A stretch of DNA of 64,000 nt from Trichinella spiralis (lineage: Eukaryota). The stretch lies in the NCBI RefSeq assembly GCF_000181795.1, contig NW_003526944.1, positions 677,383-741,382 on the forward strand, read 5' to 3'. Made by a program: the position numbers and the translations under genes. Shown here piece by piece: positions 12,501 through 25,100 of this stretch. Each line of letters starts with the position of its first letter. The stretch's first letter is position 1. Under the pieces are notes generated by a model. The model was not told the DNA's origin, made no database searches, and saw nothing but the letters and a program-made list of their open reading frames with translations.

Positions 12501-13244
12501 CTGCAGAGGAATATTTTCTTTGCAGTTTCATCAACTCTTCCATTGGAAACACGCTCTTGCAATTCTTCAACACGCTAACATCCACATCCCTGGTCAGCGA
12601 CCGTGTCTTCGGTGTCGAAGACGTTGCATGATCAACAAAATGATTGTCATCTTCCAATGCGGCTTCCAAAGCGCTCAATTCGGCCGGCAAGAACTTCTCC
12701 AAAGTGCTGTTTCTCGAATTGCCGGCGCTCGAACACAACCGGCTAACAGAATTTTGGAGCTGATGCATACCATTGTCATGTGACGACTGACTAGATCGAG
12801 ATCGTTTCAACGTAACCTGAGATGATGCACAATTCTCGCTGGATCCTTTGGTGCTCAACGTGTCCTGCGCAACAGATGTACTTGCGGAGCCGTTGTCCGC
12901 TTGTAGCAGTAATTTTTGCCCCCATGTAAGCCCCAAAGATTTTCGCTCTTCGTGTACATACAACTCGCGAGCGGAATTCAACAATGACAAACGCAATTCC
13001 GCAAAATCACGCTCTATTTCCTCTGAATCTGGAAATGCAAACTAAAAAGTTTAAATAAACAATTCAAACACTTCCCCCAAGCATCAGAACAACTCACGTT
13101 GGATATCGTCAACATCACATCCTTCTGTACACCAGGATCGACAGCGTCGGTAATACGGGATGTGGGCGAATTGCTAATATTCTCATCATCCTCTGCGTCG
13201 AAATACTCGTCGTCGTCGTCGTCGTCACTCGATTCACGAGACAT
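9561..13244 (-). CDS. WDR44: WD repeat protein 44 (Rab11 effector, SYM-4-like)
   Basis: N-terminal acidic tract with FFAT motif (DDDDDDEYFDAED), PPVRPPRR, GAVWCMRFSRCGRLLATAGQD, GHNADVLDLSWSK, FLLSSSMDRTVRLWH, CRFQHSDFVTSIAFSP, ITCNDSRIRLYD; ends VYINKPRLVTGSSVFLQN* (TGA 9563-9561). Confidence 0.93.
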
Positions 13245-14163
13245 GCAATTCAAAACAAGCTGTTCCAGTCGGCCAGTGTAAGCGGATGTCAATCAATGAA
13301 AACACGAACAAACAACAACGATCAATTTTACATCTACGGCCAACATGAAATTCACACCGCTTTTCTGCTTTCAATACCCATATTAACGCACTACAAATTG
13401 TAAAACAGTATAATTTACATCGAAAGAAGTATAGAATGAAAAAAATGAAACCAAAACCAACTACATAACAGGAATTCAAAAAATAAAACCCAAACATAAC
13501 TCTAGAAAAATAAAAAAACATCAAAACTTAAAAATGGATAAAATGAAATATAAACGTTAGTAATTTAAGCAAACATTTAACAACTAAGCGTTGTAAAGCT
13601 GAATTACAGATACAGACACGTTTAAAATCTTACTGGCAAATTGCGAAGGATCAATTTCGTCGATTTAATTATAAAGTTCGTTTAATAAAGAAAACAAAAC
13701 TAACAGACAACGTAACGATAACAACCAAGAAAAACAAAATACAGATTAAAAGAATGTCTTTACTACAGTAATGCTTATGTTAATCAAGTATAACAGATTA
13801 CTTTACAACAAACAGTACATGAAATTTTCCTGAAAAAAATTGGAGTTCCATCATTTTTATAATTTATTTTTAATAATGCCTTTTTAACTGTAAATTTAAA
13901 CTAAAGACATTCTGTTAATTTTGTGATATAATTAGTACCTGTAGATCAAAATTGTCACATGGTAACAGCATAGTGGTTTATTATCTATAGTTAAAAATAG
14001 TTTCTTTGGCTCTTTGTAAAAATTTTTTGTAAAGAAATCGATAGCTGAATGTCTTCAATTAAAAGGCACCTTCCATAATTGTATTATGTATGGAAACGAA
14101 CATTTCAGCGTGTTCAAACTGTTCCATTAGAACTGAAAGGTTATTGTGATGATCCATTATCGA

Positions 14164-14197
<34 letters not shown>
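14164..14197. repeat. (GAT)n trinucleotide microsatellite
   Basis: About 11 GAT units in the WDR44-VRK intergenic region. Confidence 0.9.
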
Positions 14198-14198
<1 letters not shown>

Positions 14199-14657
14199 AT
14201 GTCCATCATCGATGCAACTATTGCGGAACATGGTGCAGTTTTCAACCATATGAGTATAGGATGGCTTTTGCAGAACCAATAATTCCAATGGAATCCAAAG
14301 TGAGGTAGCTTATATCCGAGACAGCATATGGAAGTCTGATTTACATCAAGAGTACTTTATTCCCTGGACTGACATTCGTTAATATAGTCATGTCGAAAGC
14401 TAATGCAAAGCATGACAAAAGCTTCATTGAAACAATGTATACGATTACAGAAAGGTGAATTTGAACTTTTATTCTTTGTAGTTAGCGTTCTGTTTGGAAA
14501 AAGTAAAAAAAGAAATACTGTTCACAGAACGAAACAATTAATAGTTATTTTTATTAAATTCAACTCACAGTAGGTAAAATTAAATTTAAATGAAAATCAG
14601 CGTAACAAAATAAATTATGAATGCAAAGTATAACAATGCACAACGTAGATGGAACAA

Positions 14658-16183
14658 TCACTGACGACGACGAGGTATTGCATTTGAACGGCTAATAGTA
14701 ACATATTTGTCAACGACAGACTGCGCAACACTCTTCCTTCGAATTAAACTTTGTGCCAAAGATTTTGTTCGAAAGTTCGCCAAACCTGGGATGATTCCCA
14801 AATGAGCAAAACGATCAGAACGTCGATTTTCCGCTTGTTGATTTTCACTGTCTCTGGCTTGCTTCTGTTTCGACTTATTTGCATTTGTCTTCGACGATGA
14901 TGCGCATTTTCTCTTCAATTCTGTAGCCCGACAAGTGCGCATTGCTTTGGACGGACCAGGATTTTGAGCTGGACTGTCTGTCGACTTGTTCGATGAAGAT
15001 CTCAATTTTTTGGTTGAGTTGTTATTGTCAGCTTTTGGAGTAATTTCTACAGTTTTAAATAAATTGCGCAGAAAAGTGTAATCTGGAAGTGAACCGTAGT
15101 CCAAGTCATAAGTGTAAGCAAAGAATTTCTTCAAAATTGGTACGCAATTGCTTAGCTGACCAGTTTCCATAAATTTCAGACTTTCATTTTCCAAGTTTTC
15201 TTTGAAAATTTCCTTTTTTTTCATCACATCAATATCATTAGTAGAAGACAACCAAGGCAAATCCCCGTTTAACCAAAACAGTATATTGTACCCTAAAATT
15301 TCCAAATCACTCCGAAAAGATGGTGTCGCTCCGTAATGCGCGTCCAAGCTTGTATATTCGCGAGTTCCCTGATGAGCTTTCTTTGGATCTAACTTCAACG
15401 CGGCTCCCAGTGTCACACGATACACGAGACCAAAATCAATTAGGTACGACTGCCATATTTTCACTTCTTTCTTATAATCTACAGGCTCAAGCTGTTCAAG
15501 AACCATATTGTCCCCTTTCAGATCGGCATAAGCGTATCCTTGATTATGCAAATACTCATATATGTTCAAGCAATTGACAGCAAGACGAGCAACTGAAGAT
15601 ATTGAAAATTTTCCACCAAGTTTCATTCTTACATATTCTAAATTTGGACCAAATTGAGGAATAACTAAAAAACGATAATCATTCCCTGCGTTGCAATGAG
15701 TACCAAAGCCGAGAAGAGGAGGTAGACCAAGAAAATCCAACCCTAAATGATGTATTATTTGAATAATTCAATTTATCACACTCATACCATGCTGATTTTT
15801 CCACTCCGACAATTTATCCAAACTCGCAGCTCGCTGGTAATAATGCATTTCAGTATAAAGAGGACCGTTTGTAGCAAATTCAATCTTTGCCACAGCCTTG
15901 CATTTATCATCAACCTGAACGTTGCGCAATAAAATTGGTTTTATTTAAAATAAACAACACAAACTTTTTCAACGAAATGAATTCGTCCGAAACCACCAGA
16001 AGCAAAATGTTTGCCAAGCAGCCACTTCTGCTTCTTCGCATCGGTTAAAATTTCTGCGTCTGGTAAAACGGGAGCTAGTGAATAAACTTTCTTCTTCCTT
16101 TGGACTGCCTTTTTCTTGTCATTCACAGCTTCATTTTTAGACACTGTCGCACGTTTTGCAGCTACCGCCCGTTTAGGTGGCAT
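14658..16183 (-). CDS. VRK1: Vaccinia-related kinase (CK1 group), 3 exons
   Basis: G-loop HFASGGFGRIH; exon 2 VAKIEFATNGPLYTEMHYYQRAA; YRFLVIPQFG, YADLKGDN, DFG, HQGTREYTSLDAHYG, RSDLEILGY, LPW; basic low-complexity C-tail. Confidence 0.92.
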
Positions 16184-19100
16184 GATTTTTACAACAGAAA
16201 TAACAACCGCTCGATCCCGGTACAGTATATTTCGAACAACGTTTTGATTTGCAGGTTCAACTTGGACTGTTTACACAGTTATTTAAAATAACATTTTTTC
16301 AAAAATAATTTCAATAGTAAATTCAAATAATATAAAAGTTTAAAATTCATAAATTTACATAAATTTTTGTAACAAAGAGTAATAATAAATATTTAATTTT
16401 TCTTGACTTTTTCAGGTTTAGAAAAATAATTTTGAATATGAAAAAAATAATTTCTGCCGCACGTAGAAAGAATTGTTGTATAAATCAAGCTGAATTTCAA
16501 TTCACTTAAATATCAGTATAGCTGATGGAATGTCTGTTCAATGCATATTGAAATGATCAACTGCTCGATAAACTTGCTCGTCAAATATACTGACTGCACA
16601 TAGGCTGACTGCTATTTTCGAAGAATATGTTCGGATTCATCATATTTCATAATTTTATTTTATTCATTCAAAAATTCACCTACAACTTGACATAGCTCCG
16701 GCGAACCGACTGACACAGCTCGGCATTTTTGCTTCAAACTGCTTCTACAACGTCACCACCATGTCTGAGAATGATGCAAATCAGACGAAGCGTATGAAAT
16801 GCTTATTTTCAAACTTCCATCATCCAGATGCATACGCTATTCCTTGAACGGGTTAAAATTGAAATGCAGCACATCGATTCGCCTTTTTTGTTCTTCTGAT
16901 CGGTGAATTTGAAGGTAAATGTGATTTGATAGATATTTTTTTCCATATTCTGATTTTTCAATATTATTGATAAACTTGGGAAAGGTTATTGATAAATTTG
17001 TTTAATTTTGAACGAAATTTTGACCATTTAAAAAATTACATTAAGAAAGAAAATATTTCAATATTGCAGACAATTATTCAGTTCTTGTAAAGGTTTAAAG
17101 TGGAAAATTTGATAGTGTTATTTTAATCGCACATTGAATGTGTCATTTTATCACCGTTGGCATTGTCGAACCGGTTTCCTTCTTTGGTAGCAATTGAACG
17201 CAAAAATTTTGCCGTCTCCTTCTCTATTTGTCAACTGATAAGGTTAATTATTTGAATAACACTCTTCACCTAGTAAAAATGGGATCGAAAATTTATTCGA
17301 TTTTTTCCATTCCACATTGATTAAATTATTATTTATTATTTATTTATTAAATATACTTTATTTGAATAAAATGAAGCAACAATTTTATGGTTAGCATTGG
17401 AGGAAGTATAACTTTTTTCAGAAATAGGCGTTTTCCCAGCATATAGTATGCCAACGATTTTGAACAATGATTTCAAAAAAAGAAGTGTATTTTAAATTTC
17501 TTGAGAATAAAAAAGGAAATTTTATAGAAAATGTAAATGTTGCAAATAGTTTTTTAAAAGTTGATTTTTTTGTGATAGCAATTTCCGTTAACGTTGAATA
17601 TTATTGAAAAATTGTACAAGCCCCAGTGATAATTTCCATTTTTCTTTGTAATTTTCATTCGATGCAAAATTGTTGTTCAAATCTTCAATTTAACCAAGAT
17701 ACTGAAGCTAATGGACAGATAAGATAACGTACTGGGGTGCTTTTTACTTTATCTAGAATCTCAACATTGCAACAGTCGACATTTTGTCAGAATTCTATCA
17801 GCGGTCGGTTAGCTTATTTTTAATTTTATTTTTTTTTAATCAAATAAACATCAGCTTTTATCAATATTGTGCTTTAATTAGTATGAAAATGGAATTGTTT
17901 TTCACTTGTCGCACTGCTATGAAATGTCGTGTATTATTATCAAATTCTATTATTAGACCACATTCTTTCTGTGTATTGATTTTCAGAATTATTTGCACGC
18001 TCAATGCCCTATCCCTATATGATACTTAATTCTTATGATAAAATTACTTCTTTCATAATTGACGTTATTTAACAGAAAAATAATAATAAAATTGCTAATT
18101 TTCAACTGAAACAAATATACTCAATTAATTTATTGACAATTCAGCGATCGTCTTTTCAATTACCATATTTGGTAGTAGTGAAAATCAGGCGACATTTTCA
18201 ATAAATGGATTTTTGAATTTTTCGTCATCGAATGTCACATTATCTCTGTTTACTGTAAAAATCGATTGAAACGAAAAAAAACATTTTATTTCAATCGTTG
18301 CTATTTATCTAGAAAAGTTCACTTGAATTGTGTGTCAATTTAAATTTAATTATAACGAAAATTATTTTAAAAAAAGGGAATTTTTGTTACAAACCTGATC
18401 AGTTGAATTGAAAATTCAAGTTCCTTCATAACTTACTGTACGTTACGTAAAATTGAATATCGTACAGGTAGAATGTAGTGTTAATGAATTCAACATGAAC
18501 AACACCAGTATACAATTGGGAAAACAACTGAAATATGCAAATATTTGTTGTTTTATTGATACAGTGGTAAGTTGAAAATTATCATTCGTCAGTCAATTTA
18601 CAATACAAAATTGTCTTCTACACGATTGCATTTTCCACGTGTGGATTTTGCTGATTTAGCACTTTTAGTAGAACTTTTTTGATTTTTAAGCTACTCCATG
18701 CTTTTCATTTGATTTCAATTAAATTTTTCTCCCATTTTTGAAACGAAAAATAATTTTTCAACTTTTCGAAATTTCGATTTTTCAACTTTCCACGTTCGAA
18801 ATTACGCGGCAATTTATTTTCCAATATTAAAACATATTTGATTAAGCATGTTCCACGTCGAAACTGAATACTTTTTTATGCTCAAGAAATAAAACTTGCG
18901 GAACCAGGCACGAATTGCTTTTTTTTTCCCTTTATCTTATTGGCATTTGTTGGAATGGGGCAGTATGTTTGCTTTGAAAATTGAAAATTATATTTTTAAT
19001 AGAGCTTGTTCGACCGTGTGCGTCTCTCTCTCTCTCTCTGTGTATGTGTGTCTAAGCAGCACAGATGAATTTTCTTTCATCGATAAATATATCGTGTTTC

Positions 19101-22100
19101 CGTTTCACAATTGTTAGTTTTTCTTGGAAAATTTTCTTACTTTCATACCATGTTGCACTTATTGCTTTATTTACGTTGTGAATAATGCGTGTGTTGTTTT
19201 TTATTCCTTTATTTTTTTACATTTCAGTTACAGTACTTGTGACTGGCAACATTGTTCCATTAATTATTGGAATATGATAATTCAGTTTTCAAATTTCATA
19301 TATTTATTATGTATTCTATTTGTTTTTTTTTGATTTCATTTTTAGTACTTGTGATATTGTAATAAGTTGTAAGGAAGGACATGTTGCTGCTGTATTTGTT
19401 TGATTTTTCACTTCTGATAGTTGTGCAGATGTAATTGATGATTCATCCATCAACGATATATGCTTCTTTTTTATGACATGTAATTATGATGGTAATTTTA
19501 CTGGAAGAGGTCCGAGAGTTCAATTTGAAATATTTTTATAGTTTGGTGTTCGAGTGAAAAATTCAATAGCTATTCCAGTGCATTCATGATTAACAGGTTT
19601 TTCAGATTTTATTTGTAAATGTGGAATTTGTGCGTTGTTTGCTGTCAGTTCCTGATCTTCAACGATAATTCCCAGTGCTTCTAGCTGCGCTAGTAACGTT
19701 TCTGAGGTTCCAAATTTTCTCATTCTCATCCACCTCATCCCATTCAAAACTGTAAGTTGAACAGTGAAATTAATTATTCATTCTGTAACAATGAATAAAC
19801 AACTCTTAAGTTTTCTTTATTGTGAAAAAATTGCTCTTCTCTTGATCATTTTAACCCGGAACTGAATATCGTTTATTATGGATGTGTATTTTTCATATTC
19901 TTCTCTCACAGGTTTTCATCAATAGATTTTATAAAATTATTTCAAGACAGGTGCATTAAAGTACGAACAGATAATGATCGACTAAAATTGACATTTAAAT
20001 TTTATTATTATAATAACAATCATTACTGTTATTGTTATTATTATTTATATGTGTGTGAGTGTCTGAAATTGGAAATGTGGCATAAATAAAAATGTTGTAA
20101 CACTTTTCTAGTATTGACAGTTGGGCTGGTATATATGTTGATTTGTTAGTATTAAAGAAGATAACCTAATTTTCAAAGAAATTGGGTACTTTCCGGGTAG
20201 ACGGCAATTTCTCTCCACATCAGAAAATGTGATTTGAACTTTTTGTTTTTGTGAAACGTTCGACATCACATATAAATTTGTAAATTCAAAAGAAAAACAT
20301 GATATATTATTGAAATCTTTTTTTTCAATGTTTATAAAATTTATTCAATTTGAATTACAATTTGTTTCTGTTCCATTTTAAAATTTAATATAAATTGAAT
20401 GATGTTATAGATTTGTAGAAAGGAATTACCATATCATAAATAAATAAATAAATATTCAGTATTGAAAGTTGTTCTCCTGATTAACTTTACCTGTTTCTGA
20501 GAAAGAAATATTTGCAATTAATCAAAATGGGCATTGACATTCATTTTGTAATGACATTCTATCTGAAAATGCTTGTGCAGAAGTTGAGATAAAGTATTTA
20601 TTGACATACTTGCATTATGAATGGTTTATTATAAAATTGATTAATTTATATATTTTATAATTTTTGGAAATGAATGTAAGATTTCACGAATATCAATTAT
20701 TAGGATATATGTTGAATAAGCCTGATTTACGTTGTTGTAATTTTTGTTTAAAAAACTCTATTAGCATTGAGTATTTTTTGTTTTCTTTTTTTTTCTTCCT
20801 GCAGCTGGCTTTTCATTTCAAAAAATATTCAATGACGATGATAATCAGTTGCGTGTTATTGTTCGTGTTGTTTTCTTTTGTTATACATTTTAAAATTAAA
20901 CATTAAAACAAAAATAAAATGATTTTGAATATACAAAATTTGCTGAAATTGTGTTTTCAATATTTTGAATTTTCTTTCACCGAAAAATGCAGGCTTATTA
21001 TTATTATTATTATTATACTACTGCTTGAATCAATTGTTCTTTGTCAAAGATGATTAAACGAGCGAGATATAGGAAGAATTTTGAACATTTCAAACGTCTC
21101 TGCACCAATAGAATTATCGGGAAATTATTTTCAAAAATATTTCTATATTATTTCTCACTTGCTGTCTATAAATGCACGTTTATTTGTAGATATTTTTCGA
21201 ATGATGAATAATTTTAATAATACGTATGTCAGTGCTTTTTTCAATTGCGTCAGATATATTTGCAATTTAGTGTGTGAGTTTCATTAATTTCACAATGCAT
21301 GTGAATCGAAGAATTGTTTGTCGCATGCTTTTCGTTTGTGTAGAATGGCTAATTTCGGCAAACAGAAAAAATGAACGGTTCCAGGAAGTTTTCCTGTGGG
21401 TCAAAATTGATATCACTTACCGCACAAACAGAAACTTCCGGTTGGGCTTATCTTTATTGTTTTTTCAAATCTACATCCAACATCGGTAATCTTGGATGTG
21501 TTGTATTTTTGCTCTGACATAAGGAATACTTGTATTTTGCACATTGTTGATGCTTATCAGTGACAAAAGGCTGTCTGCATTAGTTTGCTGTGCATAATAT
21601 TGTTTCGCGCTGTTGGTGACCACGACTGGCATTGCTTAATAATTGCAGTTGCTCGTTGTGTTTTGTATTCAGTCAGATTACTTGATTTGGAAGAAATTGT
21701 ATTTCAATTGGCAAAAATTTTGTCGCATTTCTTGCTTTGCATTTGGCCATTGAAATTTTTGCTCCACTTCGATTGGTAAGTGAATTGTGTTTTCCATTTT
21801 CGAAGCGTAGAAGAAAGTGATGGCCATATTGTCTTCTCATTATTGAACTTGCGTATTTTGACAAGTTGATTTTTATCAGTTCAGCAGCTAGCTAACTAAC
21901 TCTACGAGGCTTAGTGTTGTCGGTGATTTTGCATTTTCATACTTCGCAAACGATAAGCTGCTGTTCAGAAGAGTACGAATATTTGCCGTTCGCTTCCAAA
22001 TAACCAATGAACAATGATTTTCAGGCAATTTTCAATACTGTAGTGCCATACTGTACTGGGAACACAGTGCAACAGTGCCGCGAAACATGCGCTGACGAAT

Positions 22101-22195
22101 GGCTGGTCATAGGTCAGATGGATGACAGCGCTGCATATTGACGTATCAAGCAGAGGCATCTCTGGTAACAGTGACCGGCTGGTGTTCAGAACGTG

Positions 22196-25100
22196 ATGCC
22201 GAAGAGGAGGAATATGTTTTTGATTGTTGCAATTTTTGCCTACCTTTCCGCCGTTGCCAATTCCAGCAGCAGCCAGACCTGCGCGGATACCAGGAACTAC
22301 TTTTACAAAGCGGTCGGCGTTGTGGAGCACATACCGACTGTGGCGATCAGTGGTCAGAATCTGAAAGTCTGTGCCACTGGTGTCACTTGTTGCACAGTAG
22401 AGATGGAGGATCGTTTTCTCAAGCATGCCCAACAGCAGTACCAGCAGGCGATCGGAGAAAACATCGTCAATCTTGTACATTCATTCAAAGCTCGCACGGA
22501 CAGTTTTGACCGTGAGTTGTTGTATTTTTATTATTTTTTTATTTTCCTTTTCAATTTCTGTCGTGATCAGCTTTCATTATTATCCAGTATGAGAGGGGGG
22601 GGGGAATGTGTGGAGAGTTCGGCCGCTGGTCTCTGGTGGGCTCGAATCAATCATCTGATGACTGACTGTTGGAAAATTTGTCCCCGTCCCGGTGGCATTT
22701 TGCCGTTACTTTTGGCGATTGGCAAAAATGGCACGTTGGTGTGTGTGTGTGTGTGATTGATCTGTTTACTGTCGAATTGACGGCGTCCAATTTTGTCCAG
22801 AGGCAATAATTTGGAAGCCCCAACGGTGGCATTTTCAACAAGGCTTCACCTACTGTGTTGACAGCAGATAGCTTGGAGTAAAAGGGGCCGGCCGCTCAGG
22901 TTCGCCGACCCGTTATGGGCACGTACGCACGCACGCAATGCATGCAACGGATGGAAACTTTTGACCGCAATCTGAGGTCGGCTTAGTTGCTTTTTTCCTT
23001 TCTTTTCTCACTTCTTATCTCCACAGACTTTTGTGTGTGTCCAACACCAGTGGCCAAAGGGGTTTTTTCTTTTCTTTTTGTTTCCCCCTGGTGATAATGA
23101 CCATTTCGACAGCAATTAAACGTATCAGGGTCGCCAGTCTGGCGCCAGTTCATCATTATTTTCATAAGAAACTGTGAAGAAGCCTACAGATTTGGGTTGT
23201 ATGGTGATGCTAAGTGATGGTTAGCTCGACAACAGGCGGAACGAGGAAAAAGTTTGAAATAAAAGGGGGTTCCCCTCTACAATAGTGATAAGAAGGCCAA
23301 ACATGCTCAAAGCAGTACCACCACCATCATGCAGCGGCCGAGATGGTTCTATTATAATAATTATAATGTCGTCGTAGTTGATACAAAACTAGTCGGCCCA
23401 CAATTGACGGATTCACAAATTGCTTTTTGCCCGACGACCAGCTTCTCATCATCATCATCTCAGAGCAGAGCTTGCAGTGTTTTCCAATGACGTGGCAACC
23501 AGATACGGCACAGAATACGCAGACATGTCTGTCTGTTCATGATAATGATGATGATGATGTTGTTGTTGTTGTTGTTTTTTCTTTCCAATTCCAATGCCGT
23601 ATGATTCATTCATAAAATGCTCCAAACACCGCAGGCTGATTGCGCTTGATCTTGACAATGTGACGTTGCTTTGAATGCAAAATTTTGCAATGGAATAAGC
23701 AACAAAAACAAAAAAGAATAGAACAGCATTGGTAGAGAACAGATTTATACTTCGGCGATCAATTCTGACTAGATGAATACAGTCATTATATTATTATAAT
23801 TAGTATTCAATTTTTTTAACTTCTCAAAAATACTGTTCATTGCAAGTGAAATCATTTGAAATAATATCAAATTTAATAATATCCCCTATATGTTATTCTT
23901 AAAGTAATATGAAATTTTTGAAACATATGCTCATATGATTAATTTTGTCGACTGAATTGGGATGGAAAAGAAATTTATTTCATCATGATGAATCAACATT
24001 TTTTGCATGGCATAGAAAATGCATTCTGTTGACTGACTGATTGTATCTTTTTTGTTTTGTATAGTAGTTTTCTTGATATGTTTCTGTTTTCCAGTTTGCT
24101 TGTGTGAAATTTTCAAATGTATCATCAGATGATGTATAATGTTAAATTGGTTTATTGTTTTCTGTTTTTTGTTTCGTAAGAATATTTGTACGTTGTTCAA
24201 CAACAGTTTTCCTGCTTGCTTATGATGCAATGAGAGAAACACTGATGACTTTTATTTTCGAAAATTTTAAATTATCATTAAGTTAAATATGATATTATGC
24301 GGTTATATCAGCATTAATAGTAGCAGTAATAATTTTGTTGAAATCGATCGCATGATGAGTGTCGATTTGAAAATGTCGTTCCTGACGTGCATGTTGTCAA
24401 AATGGAGCGAATTTGTGATCGATTCGCTTCCTGTTGCGGGCATAGTTTTTCGCCAGAGCAAATTTCAGCATGACGAGCTTCCGTGGTAGGCAAAGCATCA
24501 TTTATCCTTGTGATGGAATTGTAATCCGTCCAAACAACACTGTCTGACCCGAGAGAGGTGGTAAGAAGGGATTAGCCTGCAAACTGTAGAGGTCGTCGCA
24601 TCGATGAACTTTGCTTGCTGCTTCCTGTGCCCGCGTCAAGTGACCACTCGGCTATGTTTGGTAAACTGACCGCAAACTGAGGGGTCTTACTTTCATACCA
24701 CCACCACTTTTCCCTTTTACCTGTTTTGCTTTTTCTTTTTTACTTTTCAGTCATGCTAACAGTTCAACAATTTGTACAGGAAATTGTCCATTTCCTGTCC
24801 ATGTTTTCCGCATTTTTGCTCTTGCTGTTGCCATTTTAAAATGTATACATACATACATATATGTTCACAGATTGCCAAGAAAGTTGTTGCCCACTTCCAT
24901 TCAGCTTTCAGTCGTTCTTTGACTCTCTGAAACACAATCGTCGTTTGCTTTATAATATACCTACCTAGCTATCTGGTTAAAGCAACATTATATCTATACT
25001 GCATACACTTGTGCAACAAACGTTGTTATTCAATGTTACTCGCGTCAGCTGTGCAAATTTTTAAAAATGAATTTGAAAATTGAGAACATTTTTTCACTTT

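Noticed and set aside
14079..14282. 67-aa ORF with poly-Asp
   Set aside because: Non-ATG start and driven by the GAT microsatellite; no family recognised.
15510..15540. VRK catalytic loop YADLKGDN lacks the usual His (pseudokinase?)
   Set aside because: Catalytic Asp, Lys and Asn, the DFG motif, the beta-3 Lys and the G-loop are all retained.
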